Source: Epithemia pelagica
Taxonomy: Eukaryota > Protista > Bacillariophyta
Assembly (NCBI GenBank): GCA_946965045.2
Contig: OX337242.1
Location: 1,674,001 to 1,738,000, forward strand
DNA length: 64,000 nt
Direction: 5' to 3'
Shown: positions 56,501 to 64,000 of the stretch, piece by piece
Position numbering within the stretch: position 1 is the stretch's first letter
How the letters are laid out: every line of letters begins with the position of its first letter
Notes under the pieces: generated by a model
What the model saw: only the letters and a program-made list of their open reading frames with translations
What the model was told of the DNA's origin: nothing
The model's database searches: none
Program-made: the position numbers and the translations under genes

Positions 56501-57825
56501 GTGGTGCGTTGGCTTGGCTGCGTTTTTCCTTGGGGGACCGGCCTTGACGGGGGACTGGACGAGGATGCCCGAACCAATTCCACGGGTTGTTGACACTGCT
56601 CGTGAAACATGGCTTGGACCGTTTGGAACGAGGGGTTTGATGAACGTGGTCGCTTGGTACCAAGAAGGAGGCGTCCCGACGTGTCGGGGAATGGCGTCTT
56701 TATGTGGGACTGTTTGGATTTCTTTGGTTTGCATTTGGTTGTGGCCTGTTTTGGTGTTGCCGAGTCGGTTTCGTCGTCGTTGTCGTCACTGTCGTTCCAG
56801 ACTTCCTCGTTGTCGTCGCCATGGTTATTCTTGGTGCGGCGACGCTTGGCTCGTGGTTTGGATGCCCTACTCCGTGCTTCAATCCTTGCGCTTGTGTGCG
56901 GCTTGTCCTTGTCGTCGTCCTTGTCGTCATCATCACTATCCTGTAAAATGTACCGTCCCGCCAATCGTCGACTCCGTCGTGGTCGAGTGCCGGGTCGACT
57001 CCTTGGACGGGGTTGGTGGGTCTTGGATTCCTTCTCCTCCTTAAGCGAATGGTCGTTATCGTCGTCGTCGTTGTTCGTCTCCTGTGGTTCCACGGCAAAT
57101 CGAATCCTACGACGTGTGGGTGGTGGTTGTCGTTCTTGTTTCAACAAAGATGAGGTCTTTGGTACCTCCTTGGTGGCGTCATCGTCGTCGTCCTCCAAAA
57201 TGGCTCGGATTCCTCGACATTGACGTTTGCCAGCTGGTGATTGTGTGGTCTGTTTCGCCTCCTTTTCCTTCGGGTCGCTGTGGTGGTCGGCAGCAGCAGT
57301 CTGTGGGAGTTGGGCAAATTGCGATACCAGCACTGGTTGCTGGTCGTTGTTGTTGTTGTTGTTGTTTCGTTGTTGGTGGTGCTGTACTTGTTCCAAGAGC
57401 CATCCCAGTCGACCCAAGACATGGGGTGTTGCCGTAGCATTCGAATGGCCGGTGGCATCCTGGTCCCATGCTTGTCGTCGTTGGCGACGTCGTGCCAAGA
57501 ATCGACCTTGTCGTTGGATCCGACGTTCTTGTCGGTCATCCAATAAGTCTTGAGGATGTTGTTGTTGTGGTGGTGGTGGTGGTTCTCCATGGTCCACCCC
57601 ATGGTCGTTGGAGGAACCACTCCCCGTTCCACCCACGATACGAATCGGATGACGTTGTTTCGATCGACCCATGGCAGTATGACACACGTTTGGCGCCAAG
57701 AAAACGTTCGTGTTGCCCCTTGGTGGTGAGCCTCGTCTACTGCTGCTACTGGAGCGTCTTCTGGCGTGAGACCAACCACACACGGACACAGAGATAGAGA
57801 GATAGAGAGAGATGCAACACCACAA
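50560..57825 (-). CDS. SHPRH: SHPRH-like SNF2 helicase / RING E3 ubiquitin ligase
   Basis: GGILAESMGLGKT, inserted PHD-like finger, TLIVTPPAILTQW, LDEAQ, WCVTGTPI, RING (CAVC...CGHSFHAAC...CPIRC), KAILFSQW. The true start may be an internal Met. Confidence 0.9.
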   Translation of the reverse strand: MWCCISLYLSISVSVCGWSHARRRSSSSSRRGSPPRGNTNVFLAPNVCHTAMGRSKQRHPIRIVGGTGSGSSNDHGVDHGEPPPPPQQQHPQDLLDDRQERRIQRQGRFLARRRQRRQAWDQDATGHSNATATPHVLGRLGWLLEQVQHHQQRNNNNNNNDQQPVLVSQFAQLPQTAAADHHSDPKEKEAKQTTQSPAGKRQCRGIRAILEDDDDDATKEVPKTSSLLKQERQPPPTRRRIRFAVEPQETNNDDDDNDHSLKEEKESKTHQPRPRSRPGTRPRRSRRLAGRYILQDSDDDDKDDDKDKPHTSARIEARSRASKPRAKRRRTKNNHGDDNEEVWNDSDDNDDETDSATPKQATTKCKPKKSKQSHIKTPFPDTSGRLLLGTKRPRSSNPSFQTVQAMFHEQCQQPVELVRASSSSPPSRPVPQGKTQPSQRTTCTHPEANPAGGSQDPVLTFVGRHNWKQHDQRHHVQSQLNGPSSFYLGCIPLLHDQQREQDTQPSSWIQIVIPESKDRHHHNAEDDTDLVLVAGKSLVCLGNCLDTGDASKTTTKVESTTRWRPLAACVELGYMAVRLQTSNHPLDDQQQQQHKSTTTTAAPPSSPPTNIQSRRLWNMHVYLLPQALDPCQPQTLPVNRVTRTFVARKYQHARWIHQALDHIMTMTNTTRTLDMASSIPHGSTTVTAHTIYKWTDNVQLKRVLEQQNPEEQQRPDASVPPNRIPGLLPTLRPYQAMAVQWMLQREQHPVPCEEWKLAWVVLAQGGGGPSWNPAEATTTTTCSPPSFPRGGIPLTTWEEQHRDNQKDTDGASLLLYCPVIGWLASSIRDARSMSLGLEVENEKEYADGTGHSHSEVVIKGGILAESMGLGKTVEVLACILAHSRPLPVGDVVDVTASNDKLSLATIAQQSQDKMDTGDKSSDEESTVQETHENVTVQNEQDNAVSSTSRDLVTSPRRRLPLTSRRSKVAAVPVTPDKSMTHEEDSAADPDVPHRWLDEGETLLGSCLCGEVIHVQESTEQRPIVLCCQCQEPLHMDCAGFDTLSELKAKTTPIMYRKMFSDQSWICYETPHPLHERFCPCCCATIAATAKTSPKGGNETTTQLIPSRATLIVTPPAILTQWEREIERHTQHPSTQRPLNVAIYHGVDRITKSRPKRGFKETRNEMKLLHPYFLADHDVVLVTFDALLSDFGHAADENKFVAQDENGNNGWLRKRKRYRVVPSPLSSIDFWRVCLDEAQRVERPTATSARMALKLHAHHRWCVTGTPIGRGQLQDLYGLLVFLRVPPFSQKSFFAKSLESTSHPVSMCHRIQTLLANIFWRSTKAHPLVREQMGVPEQTEVKQLLKFSSIERHFYERQLEATLATAGDFCERRRKGKQDKAQHLTMLAEHLHRLRAACCHPQVGAGGITSHGPSHNKKKRRSKATKRGGAGSGADASPSATMESAPDSGVSNVLTMEEILVRLIDDARLKCEESQRLVSMHTNGMAALSRLQVEARERGEGFPKTSDDVLLEKSCKLYLESLDLAESNSQPIPVLANSFLSGSKGFRTPHSQVHSSKVIRLDWKMAQSANSRRPEQHSFWARVDFEGPARRIIRFKLRPVRQVPSFLQNEVSKDFDWAILMPKLCALEVASPSLGGEFVPVTKLECPLDATSSNTNGSATEGWVLPLEGFHTHKSKNWRIVIESCHKRLEQRTFPMGYYVGLELILEEADIASDSLQTLHALHNASISFSSLIQSRQTADNDDKKTGNQKVDVKSDKEKKTDEVGLFDIPSMRKKMTEMKTRAEHIESLYMQAAKSLHRACNHRLVQASDARKKAEGSIHELVPSLSNKSRSDCWDAGWWDEFLVACHLYGEESQVHGVCVRVQEELDHIQTTKASAESGIVKFPTFRDIHGLQMALQSRLQAIRNSGIGKATSWVNTMEDGTFQIRKDRYHCPPGRHGKCMDKIARLSSSPSHQELYENSHCRVCKADWNQQGPKCRHCSIGDQLNELEPDRVTLLLVNTLHTVLRGPIGAAIVKRVGEETGEVPNWLDRAKAFFEVLEAQKKEKVLGWRQWRTHLDLLNDLDELNQCKESIRLCEEGEDWTQLTREQQNAVVLPCDVLSQYHDHAAKQAMAHGDLRRSKETLRYLRNQQQEQEQQQQQQQGQNESCPQTNQKSEESVDTCAVCLCSFGSADRAVLRCGHSFHAACLERLNSRTSMISCPIRCRIPTSVDQVLIASDKPRNDGSRVQRQDVKGSWGTKVTRVVADLLDVRDVGEKAILFSQWEDMLDIVAQALAMNSISLVRASSKAKIGEACTVFRSNDDCTVLMLNVKHGAEGLTILEARHVFLLEPLLNHALDLQAINRVSRIGQTHQTTVHRYVVEDTVEVKIDAWRTSCAATDHTIVEDSQSTKPTIRAGGVDGGFASEEELMQLLTTDHEYKNMK

Positions 57826-58357
57826 ATAGTGGGTTGTTGCCTTTCTCCAGAACGAAAAAGTGTTTGGACGAAGTGTGTGTTGGCGAAGTTTTGTTCGCTT
57901 CTTTCAGAGCGACCTTTATGCGATCTTATGCAGTCACCTTACAGTCGCTGAAAATGAATGGTACTAGTAGAGAGACGGTCAATAGGTAGCGTCTCGATAT
58001 ATATATAGTTGGAGGAAAAGCCGGAGTTTGGAATGGACGGGTGAGGAAACACACAAAACAGTTCTACAATACACCACAAGTATTATTAGAATAGAAAAGG
58101 ATAATAGAATACGGAGGACACTAACACCGACACGGAGAGATTTGTCTTCTTCTCTCGCTTTGCCGGCAAGGAACAAAAAGGGAGAGAGAAAGTAATAGGA
58201 ATGATTCCATCCAGAAGGATACGACCGTGTCTCCGTCCAATGACAATTAAGTTGAGGGGGGAATATATGATTGATTCGCTTGGGACTCGGCAATTCCATT
58301 CACTGGAACCACCAAGAGAGAAGGAACCGACGCATATGGTTGTCCTGGTTTTTGTGT

Positions 58358-59584
58358 TTACCAAAAGGTTAATAGATTTTTGCGTTGGGGTTTTTCCACT
58401 GGTACCAGTTGCTGATTGCTTTCATTGGAATGACGACCACCCCCCTTGGAGGAGGATCCATTGGTCAAGGCCAAGGTGGTCTGGTTGGATTTTTTGGACT
58501 TGTGGTGGCTCGCCGGACTAGTGGTGAGTTGCAATCGTTGGGCTTCGGATTGTTGTGTACCATTGGTCAATCGTTTCGTTTTCGAATTGCCATTTTGTTT
58601 TTGGGCCCAATTCGGACGCTTGTCGGCACGATCCGAAACGCAGACAGTTTCCATGGATCCATCGGGTCGTTCCATTCTGGTTTCGGTAATGGTTTCCACG
58701 GTCCCATCGGCATGGCGAATCTGACGTTCCGTCGTGGACATGGTCAGGGGACGATTGTCTCCCTCCCGACCCCGACTCGGAACCAAGGCCTTGCTGGAAG
58801 AAGCAGAGGAATGTTGTGGTTTGGACGAGGACTTGTTGTTGCTGTGGCGTTTGGTCAGGGCGTGACTGGAACTCTTGCTGTGGTTCTTGTGGTGATCACG
58901 CTGGACGACCAGGTCCGTACTGGGACGCACCGATTCGCGAGAGGACGGGGACGAAGAGGAATAGGGTTGACTGGATCGTTGCGTCGGTGACGAAGGCGAG
59001 GACGACGAGGATGAGGAGTAGGGTGTGGATCGCGAGTGATTGTGGTTGTTGCTGTGGTTATTGCTGCTGCTTTTGATATTGTGATTGCTGCTGCTTTTGT
59101 GATTGCTACTGGAACCAGTGTGGCGACGATCACCCGATTCCAATCGTTTTTGTTTGGATTTGGAAGAAGACGACGACGACGATTGAGGATGGTTCGTGTT
59201 GCCGGCAGTAGCACCGGTAAAGTCATAGTGCGATCCGGGGTAGGGAAATCCCATGCGTTCTTCAAAGTCTCGTTTAAAGACTTCATAGGGGGAATGAAAA
59301 CACACATGGACGTTGCGACGATCATACCCCTGTGCCGTCCCCGTTCGTTGGTGTTGCAATCGTTGCAAGGAATTGTATTCGCGACGTTGCTCGGGATCCC
59401 TCAAGAGTTCGTAGGCATTGGAAAGTTTGGCAAACGTGGACACGGCCGCTTCTCGTTCGGCCGGTGTGGTTTTGCGATCCGGATGTTCCTTTAGGGCCAA
59501 TTTGCGATAGGTCGTCTTAATGTCCGCTTCCGAGGCCGAAGTTGACACGCCCAAGATGCGGTACGGATCGTCTCCCTGTTCCAT
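58358..59584 (-). CDS. DnaJ-domain protein with a Ser/His-rich low-complexity tail
   Basis: DPYRILGV...YRKLALKEHPDR...AYELLRDPEQRREY. Confidence 0.9.
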   Translation of the reverse strand: MEQGDDPYRILGVSTSASEADIKTTYRKLALKEHPDRKTTPAEREAAVSTFAKLSNAYELLRDPEQRREYNSLQRLQHQRTGTAQGYDRRNVHVCFHSPYEVFKRDFEERMGFPYPGSHYDFTGATAGNTNHPQSSSSSSSKSKQKRLESGDRRHTGSSSNHKSSSNHNIKSSSNNHSNNHNHSRSTPYSSSSSSSPSSPTQRSSQPYSSSSPSSRESVRPSTDLVVQRDHHKNHSKSSSHALTKRHSNNKSSSKPQHSSASSSKALVPSRGREGDNRPLTMSTTERQIRHADGTVETITETRMERPDGSMETVCVSDRADKRPNWAQKQNGNSKTKRLTNGTQQSEAQRLQLTTSPASHHKSKKSNQTTLALTNGSSSKGGGRHSNESNQQLVPVEKPQRKNLLTFW

Positions 59585-60060
59585 TCTTTCAAGTCTGCGC
59601 TGTTAGAGTGAAGAGGATGGTGGTTAGGGGAACAGTGTCGTTGTGGAACCAAACGAGTGCTGCAACAAAAGGCTTTTCCTTGACGACGACGACAACAACA
59701 ACAAGAAGAACAACAACAGACCAAAAACTGGTTGGCTCTTGTGTTGGGGCTGCCTGTGTTGATCGTAGTCTCGTTGATTTGTGACAATGGTACGAAGCCA
59801 ACACATCATACAAAGTATCACATTCCTCGCGCCGGCATGTGGTTGGGGGGACTCATTTAAGTTTGGTTGGGCCTAAATCGTGTTTTCCCAACCCGTTCTT
59901 ATGGACTGCTCTCTTTTAGTCGCGTATTTAGTTCGTGACTTTCCCATGTAACATATGAGTGACGATCCATCCGAGATTGAAGTCTCATCAAAGGCATCTC
60001 ATATCTCATCGTTGGGTGCAGTTCAGGACAACAGATAAAACTCCATCACACTCGACCATC

Positions 60061-61752
60061 ATGGCAGCACGATCGGGCACGAGTCCAAATGGCAGCTCCC
60101 AACCGGAGAAACCGTCGGCGGCGGCGGCAAAGAGTTCTCGTCACTCGGTACGAGAACCATTGAATGTGGACCAGTTGGCGCTCTGGTTGATGGAGGTGCA
60201 AGAGGCATGGGCCCCCTTCTTTTTTGCACACCGTACTCCGTTCCTGGATTCCCTCCTGCTATGGAACAATCACCAAGTCTTGTCCTCCCATTTGGTGTTG
60301 CATCAGTTTGGATATGGACAATCCAATCCAACCTATTTGGTCAAACTCATGAGGCATGAGAGGATACCACCACCGCACACTACCACCACCAACAACAACA
60401 ACAACCAAGAGGCCGATCATGACGATGATGATATCGTGTGTCAATTTGTCTTGCGCAAAAAGCCTGCCAAGGTGGCCCATGTCACGGCGCATGCCTTGCA
60501 TCGTGAATTTCGTGTCTTGCAAGCCTTGCAACGATACAATCAATCGCTTCCTGCAGTAAACAAACACGACGAGGAAATTCCCATTCCCACCGTCTTGGCC
60601 TATTGTTCCAACACGACGGTCGTGGGAGCCGAATTTTATATCATGGAATATGTCACGGGACGCATTTTCCACAATCCCTCTTTGCCCTTGGTGTTGTCGC
60701 CCGCCGATCGACACGCCGCCTATCGAGACATGGTCCGGGTCTTGGTGGCCCTTCACAAGGTACCCTATGCCCACATTGGATTGCACGATTTTGGAGGACG
60801 ACCCTCCCACCACCACAACGACAAACACAACCACAACCACCACACGCTGCCACGACAAGCAGGACCACCACCCATGAAAACAAGACCCGCACCACCACCC
60901 ATGAAAACAACACACAAGAGTTTTGTGGAACGACAATTGGAACGCTTGACGGCCGTGAGTGAACAACAGGGCACGGTGGCACCCTGTCCGGAAATTCAAG
61001 TCTTGGCCCGTCAATTGCGTCATTACACACACTATTGTCCCTTTGAATCCACAGTCCACAACGACAACAACGACAAGAACAAGAACAACGAGACGAGTGC
61101 GGCCACGACAATGGCCTTGATTCATGGCGATTTCAAGGTGGACAATCTCATGTTTCATCCGACGGAACCGCGGGTGGTGGCCATTTTGGATTGGGAATTG
61201 TCTACTATTGGCAATGCCTTGTGTGATGTGGCCAATTTGTCCATGATGTACTTTATTCCATCGTCCAACAACAAAGCCACGGGATTGCAAGGCATGGCGG
61301 GGTGGACGGATGCCGAGTATCGCTCGGCCGGCCTTTGGACGCGCTACGAATTGGTCGCCTTGTATACGTGGTTGTGGAATGCCGCATCGTCTCCCACCAC
61401 CAACAACGACGACGGCATGTCCTTGTCAGTCCCATGGAGTTGCACAAGCTCGGCCACGCACGGCGTATCCGGACCATTGTCGTCGTCCGCATCCGCATCC
61501 GTGTGGTTGGACTTTGGCCTGGTATGGGATTGGAGTGGCTATTATTTGGCCTTTTTGTTTTTCAAAAATTGCGTCATTGTGCAAGGCGTGGCACAACGAC
61601 ACAAGGCCGGTGTGGCGAGTAGTCCCTTTGCCCAACAAGTTGCCGGCTTGTTGCAAACCATTGTGACCTTGACGGAAACCATTTTACACGAGTATCCACC
61701 ACCACCGCCACCACCGACAAGCACAAGACAAGAGCCTCACAGTCGATTGTGA
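60061..61752 (+). CDS. Standalone ACAD10/11-type aminoglycoside-phosphotransferase-family kinase with C-terminal SRL
   Basis: [55 protein letters not shown]; ends ...EPHSRL*. Confidence 0.88.
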   Translation: MAARSGTSPNGSSQPEKPSAAAAKSSRHSVREPLNVDQLALWLMEVQEAWAPFFFAHRTPFLDSLLLWNNHQVLSSHLVLHQFGYGQSNPTYLVKLMRHERIPPPHTTTTNNNNNQEADHDDDDIVCQFVLRKKPAKVAHVTAHALHREFRVLQALQRYNQSLPAVNKHDEEIPIPTVLAYCSNTTVVGAEFYIMEYVTGRIFHNPSLPLVLSPADRHAAYRDMVRVLVALHKVPYAHIGLHDFGGRPSHHHNDKHNHNHHTLPRQAGPPPMKTRPAPPPMKTTHKSFVERQLERLTAVSEQQGTVAPCPEIQVLARQLRHYTHYCPFESTVHNDNNDKNKNNETSAATTMALIHGDFKVDNLMFHPTEPRVVAILDWELSTIGNALCDVANLSMMYFIPSSNNKATGLQGMAGWTDAEYRSAGLWTRYELVALYTWLWNAASSPTTNNDDGMSLSVPWSCTSSATHGVSGPLSSSASASVWLDFGLVWDWSGYYLAFLFFKNCVIVQGVAQRHKAGVASSPFAQQVAGLLQTIVTLTETILHEYPPPPPPPTSTRQEPHSRL

Positions 61753-62324
61753 CACTGTCAAAAACATTTCTCGACGAGCATGTGTAATTGCGTTTCCGTG
61801 ATGGTGAATCGACGGAATGACCGACATACTCTCGGAGATAGGTATCTCCCAGATTGATTGGTTTGGTGTTGTTGTGCAAGGACTGAGAAAATTCATTCGA
61901 GCCATTCCCTCTGGAGACCCAATAGATTCTAGTTATCGTCTGCAACCTGCATACAAAGAAGAAGGAACGCATCACTAATCACTAGGTATACTTCTGTGAG
62001 TCGACTACTCCTACCGAAGCTTCTTCCGTGGCATAGTCTCAATACCTCTAGGTAGGTACAATAGTCCTTTCTTCCCCACTTTTCGTCATACAATAAATGC
62101 GCGACCAGTACCCATTCTCTGGAAAAGATCACTGCAGACCAAAAATAAAGGGAGAGGTGTTGGTTGCCTCTCTGTTCATGTGTTGGTGCAACTTATCTTT
62201 TTGGTTTTATCGGGTTTCGTATTGTCTCGCTCTGCTCGTGGTACGCACTAGCATCGTTGGTTGGGCTTTGGTTCCGAGGAGTTGTTGTGGCTTTGCATTC
62301 TTCCACAACCAACAACACAAGGGC

Positions 62325-64000
62325 ATGTCCACAACGAGCCATCCTTCTTTGCCAGTGTCTCCCATTCTTCCACCCAACAACTCGAACGAAGTGACACCGT
62401 CTGATTCCTCATCTCCCCCACCAACATTGATGGATACGACTGGAGCTGTCAATTGTACGGTTCCCAACACGACGCCCGCGACGACAGCATTCGAGGACCA
62501 GATCACCAAGAACAACAACAACAACATGGTTGCGACCAAAGCAACGAGAATACAAGTCCGTAGGGCGGCAGGATCGCAATCGTTGGAGAAATTAAAGGCC
62601 GTTCTAGCTACTGGATGGACACGAGAGGATTTAGATAACATGGCTCTCGAACCCAAGGCAAAAGAACAAACGAACGAGGAAGCCACACATTCTACTGCTT
62701 CCACGGGGCCACCACCCTTTGCCACGACGATCAATGGCAAGACAGCCTTGCATATGGCCGCCTCGACAGGCCATTTGGACAATTTAAAATATTTGGTACA
62801 AGACATGGGATGCAATGTCAATGTCATTGCCACTGGCATACATTCCTATGGCAAGACGGCCCTGTTTTTTGCCTGTACCAAAACTCGACCCCTTCATATG
62901 CAGTTCTTGTTGGACCATGGCGCACAGGTCAAGATTGTCAACAACAAGGGGCAGTCTGTACGATCCTTGGCGTACTCGCATTTTGTGTTGAGCGACGATC
63001 AACCATCATCATCATCACTACAAACTGTCCACGATAGTATTGCTACGAGTCCTGACATGACCAAAACAAACATCTTGAACAAGACCATTTGGCAACGCAT
63101 TCAAGAATTAGAAGAGTCAGATCCGACTCCTTGGATCAACTACCGGACAACCCATTCCGATGGCTTGATCTATGGCGATTTGGATCCACGATTTGTGGAT
63201 CCCTCCGTGGTTGGGGTGTCGACATTGGAGAAGACACCCCACTGGCCCTATTCGCTTCATCCCACAACGCGTGAAACTCGTCGTGGGAATTTTGCTCGCA
63301 ACAATCCCAATTATGTGTCAAACGTCGACGCTGACGGTGATAGTACTACGAATAAATCTACCAAGAGCAAGAAACCGAAACCTCCTCCGCGAAGATTGAC
63401 CGAACAAGAACAAACCCAATTGGACGAATGGTGGCAGTCCCTTGCCACAGCTCTTTGCCATCGCAGACAAAACGCATCCGCAACAACCACAACCTTTGCA
63501 CAACTCAACCATCTAGATGCATCCGCTACCACAGAGACTAGCCCCTCTTCTTCTCCGGAAAGTGCGGAGAAACTCTTGCTTGACATTTTGACACTCTGCG
63601 ACCAACAAAACTATTCTTGGTTACCAGAGGTAGTGTCCAAACTGTGCACTCTTTGGACTCGATCCTATGATGACGACAAAAAGCATTCCTGGATACCAGA
63701 GGTATTGTCAAAACTGTGGACTCGACCATGTGAGGACGACGACAACAACAAAGACAATCGTCGATCCACAATCACTACCCAAACCGAAGAATTGATTGCG
63801 TGGCTCAAGACAATTCCGCCACAATCGTGTCGACAGCATGTTTTGCTATATAAATTAACCGAAACAATTTGGAGAATTGCAACCGACCCAGCCGTCGACG
63901 ATGACGACGACGACAACAACAACAACAACACGTCTAACTTATTGGCACCTTTACCAATGCTGAACAAAAAAGACTTTGTGGCGCCTCCATCTACCTCTGC
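62325..64000 (+). CDS. Ankyrin-repeat protein (partial, runs off the window)
   Basis: Frame read by hand is open from ATG 62325 to the end: NGKTALHMAASTGHLDNLKYLV, YGKTALFFAC, LLDHGAQVKIVNNKGQS. Confidence 0.85.
   Translation, partial: MSTTSHPSLPVSPILPPNNSNEVTPSDSSSPPPTLMDTTGAVNCTVPNTTPATTAFEDQITKNNNNNMVATKATRIQVRRAAGSQSLEKLKAVLATGWTREDLDNMALEPKAKEQTNEEATHSTASTGPPPFATTINGKTALHMAASTGHLDNLKYLVQDMGCNVNVIATGIHSYGKTALFFACTKTRPLHMQFLLDHGAQVKIVNNKGQSVRSLAYSHFVLSDDQPSSSSLQTVHDSIATSPDMTKTNILNKTIWQRIQELEESDPTPWINYRTTHSDGLIYGDLDPRFVDPSVVGVSTLEKTPHWPYSLHPTTRETRRGNFARNNPNYVSNVDADGDSTTNKSTKSKKPKPPPRRLTEQEQTQLDEWWQSLATALCHRRQNASATTTTFAQLNHLDASATTETSPSSSPESAEKLLLDILTLCDQQNYSWLPEVVSKLCTLWTRSYDDDKKHSWIPEVLSKLWTRPCEDDDNNKDNRRSTITTQTEELIAWLKTIPPQSCRQHVLLYKLTETIWRIATDPAVDDDDDDNNNNNTSNLLAPLPMLNKKDFVAPPSTS

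Noticed and set aside
9392-63967. Numerous short overlapping or antisense ORFs and poly-Q/S/T/D tracts in the ORF track
   Set aside because: They are shadows of real genes and of trinucleotide microsatellites, with no independent domain signal.
1-64000. tRNA, snRNA and large rRNA genes
   Set aside because: No cloverleaf with A/B boxes or other recognisable signature seen; GTTCGA hits lie inside coding or LTR sequence.

Overview
Eukaryotic nuclear DNA, most likely from a diatom (inferred from short GT-AG introns, a bipartite plastid-targeting-like N-terminus and diatom-type copia and vWD domains). About 40% of the window is retroelement. It holds an internally deleted CRE-like RLE non-LTR element (1-~5000) and a 3'-truncated Penelope-like RT (28.5-30.7 kb). 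That RT abuts an outer Ty1/copia element (30.7-45.3 kb, minus strand), which is split by a very young, unrelated copia with apparently identical 783-bp LTRs and an AAGAT TSD (32135-40517). Host genes include a PRXL2/SelU-like redoxin with an in-frame UGA, an AKR7-like reductase, Sec24, an NTF2-like protein, two head-to-head TMEM87/GOST paralogues, an XPG/Exo1-like nuclease, a BBE-like FAD oxidase, SHPRH, a DnaJ protein, an ACAD10/11-type phosphotransferase and a partial ankyrin protein. There are also several broken genes and a deleted 5S rRNA copy. The strongest signals concern recoding and priming: (i) outer copia gag and pol are in frame, separated by one UGA followed by an 8-nt spacer and a 7-bp GC hairpin (readthrough architecture); (ii) a UxxC selenoprotein candidate carries a plastid-type presequence; (iii) the inner copia PBS looks like the anticodon arm of tRNA-Asn(GUU), and the element has an extra ORF upstream of gag; (iv) a 135-bp in-frame duplication places an empty and a filled insertion site side by side. 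All calls come from reading the sequence; no searches or folding programs were run. Some single-base frameshifts could be sequencing errors.
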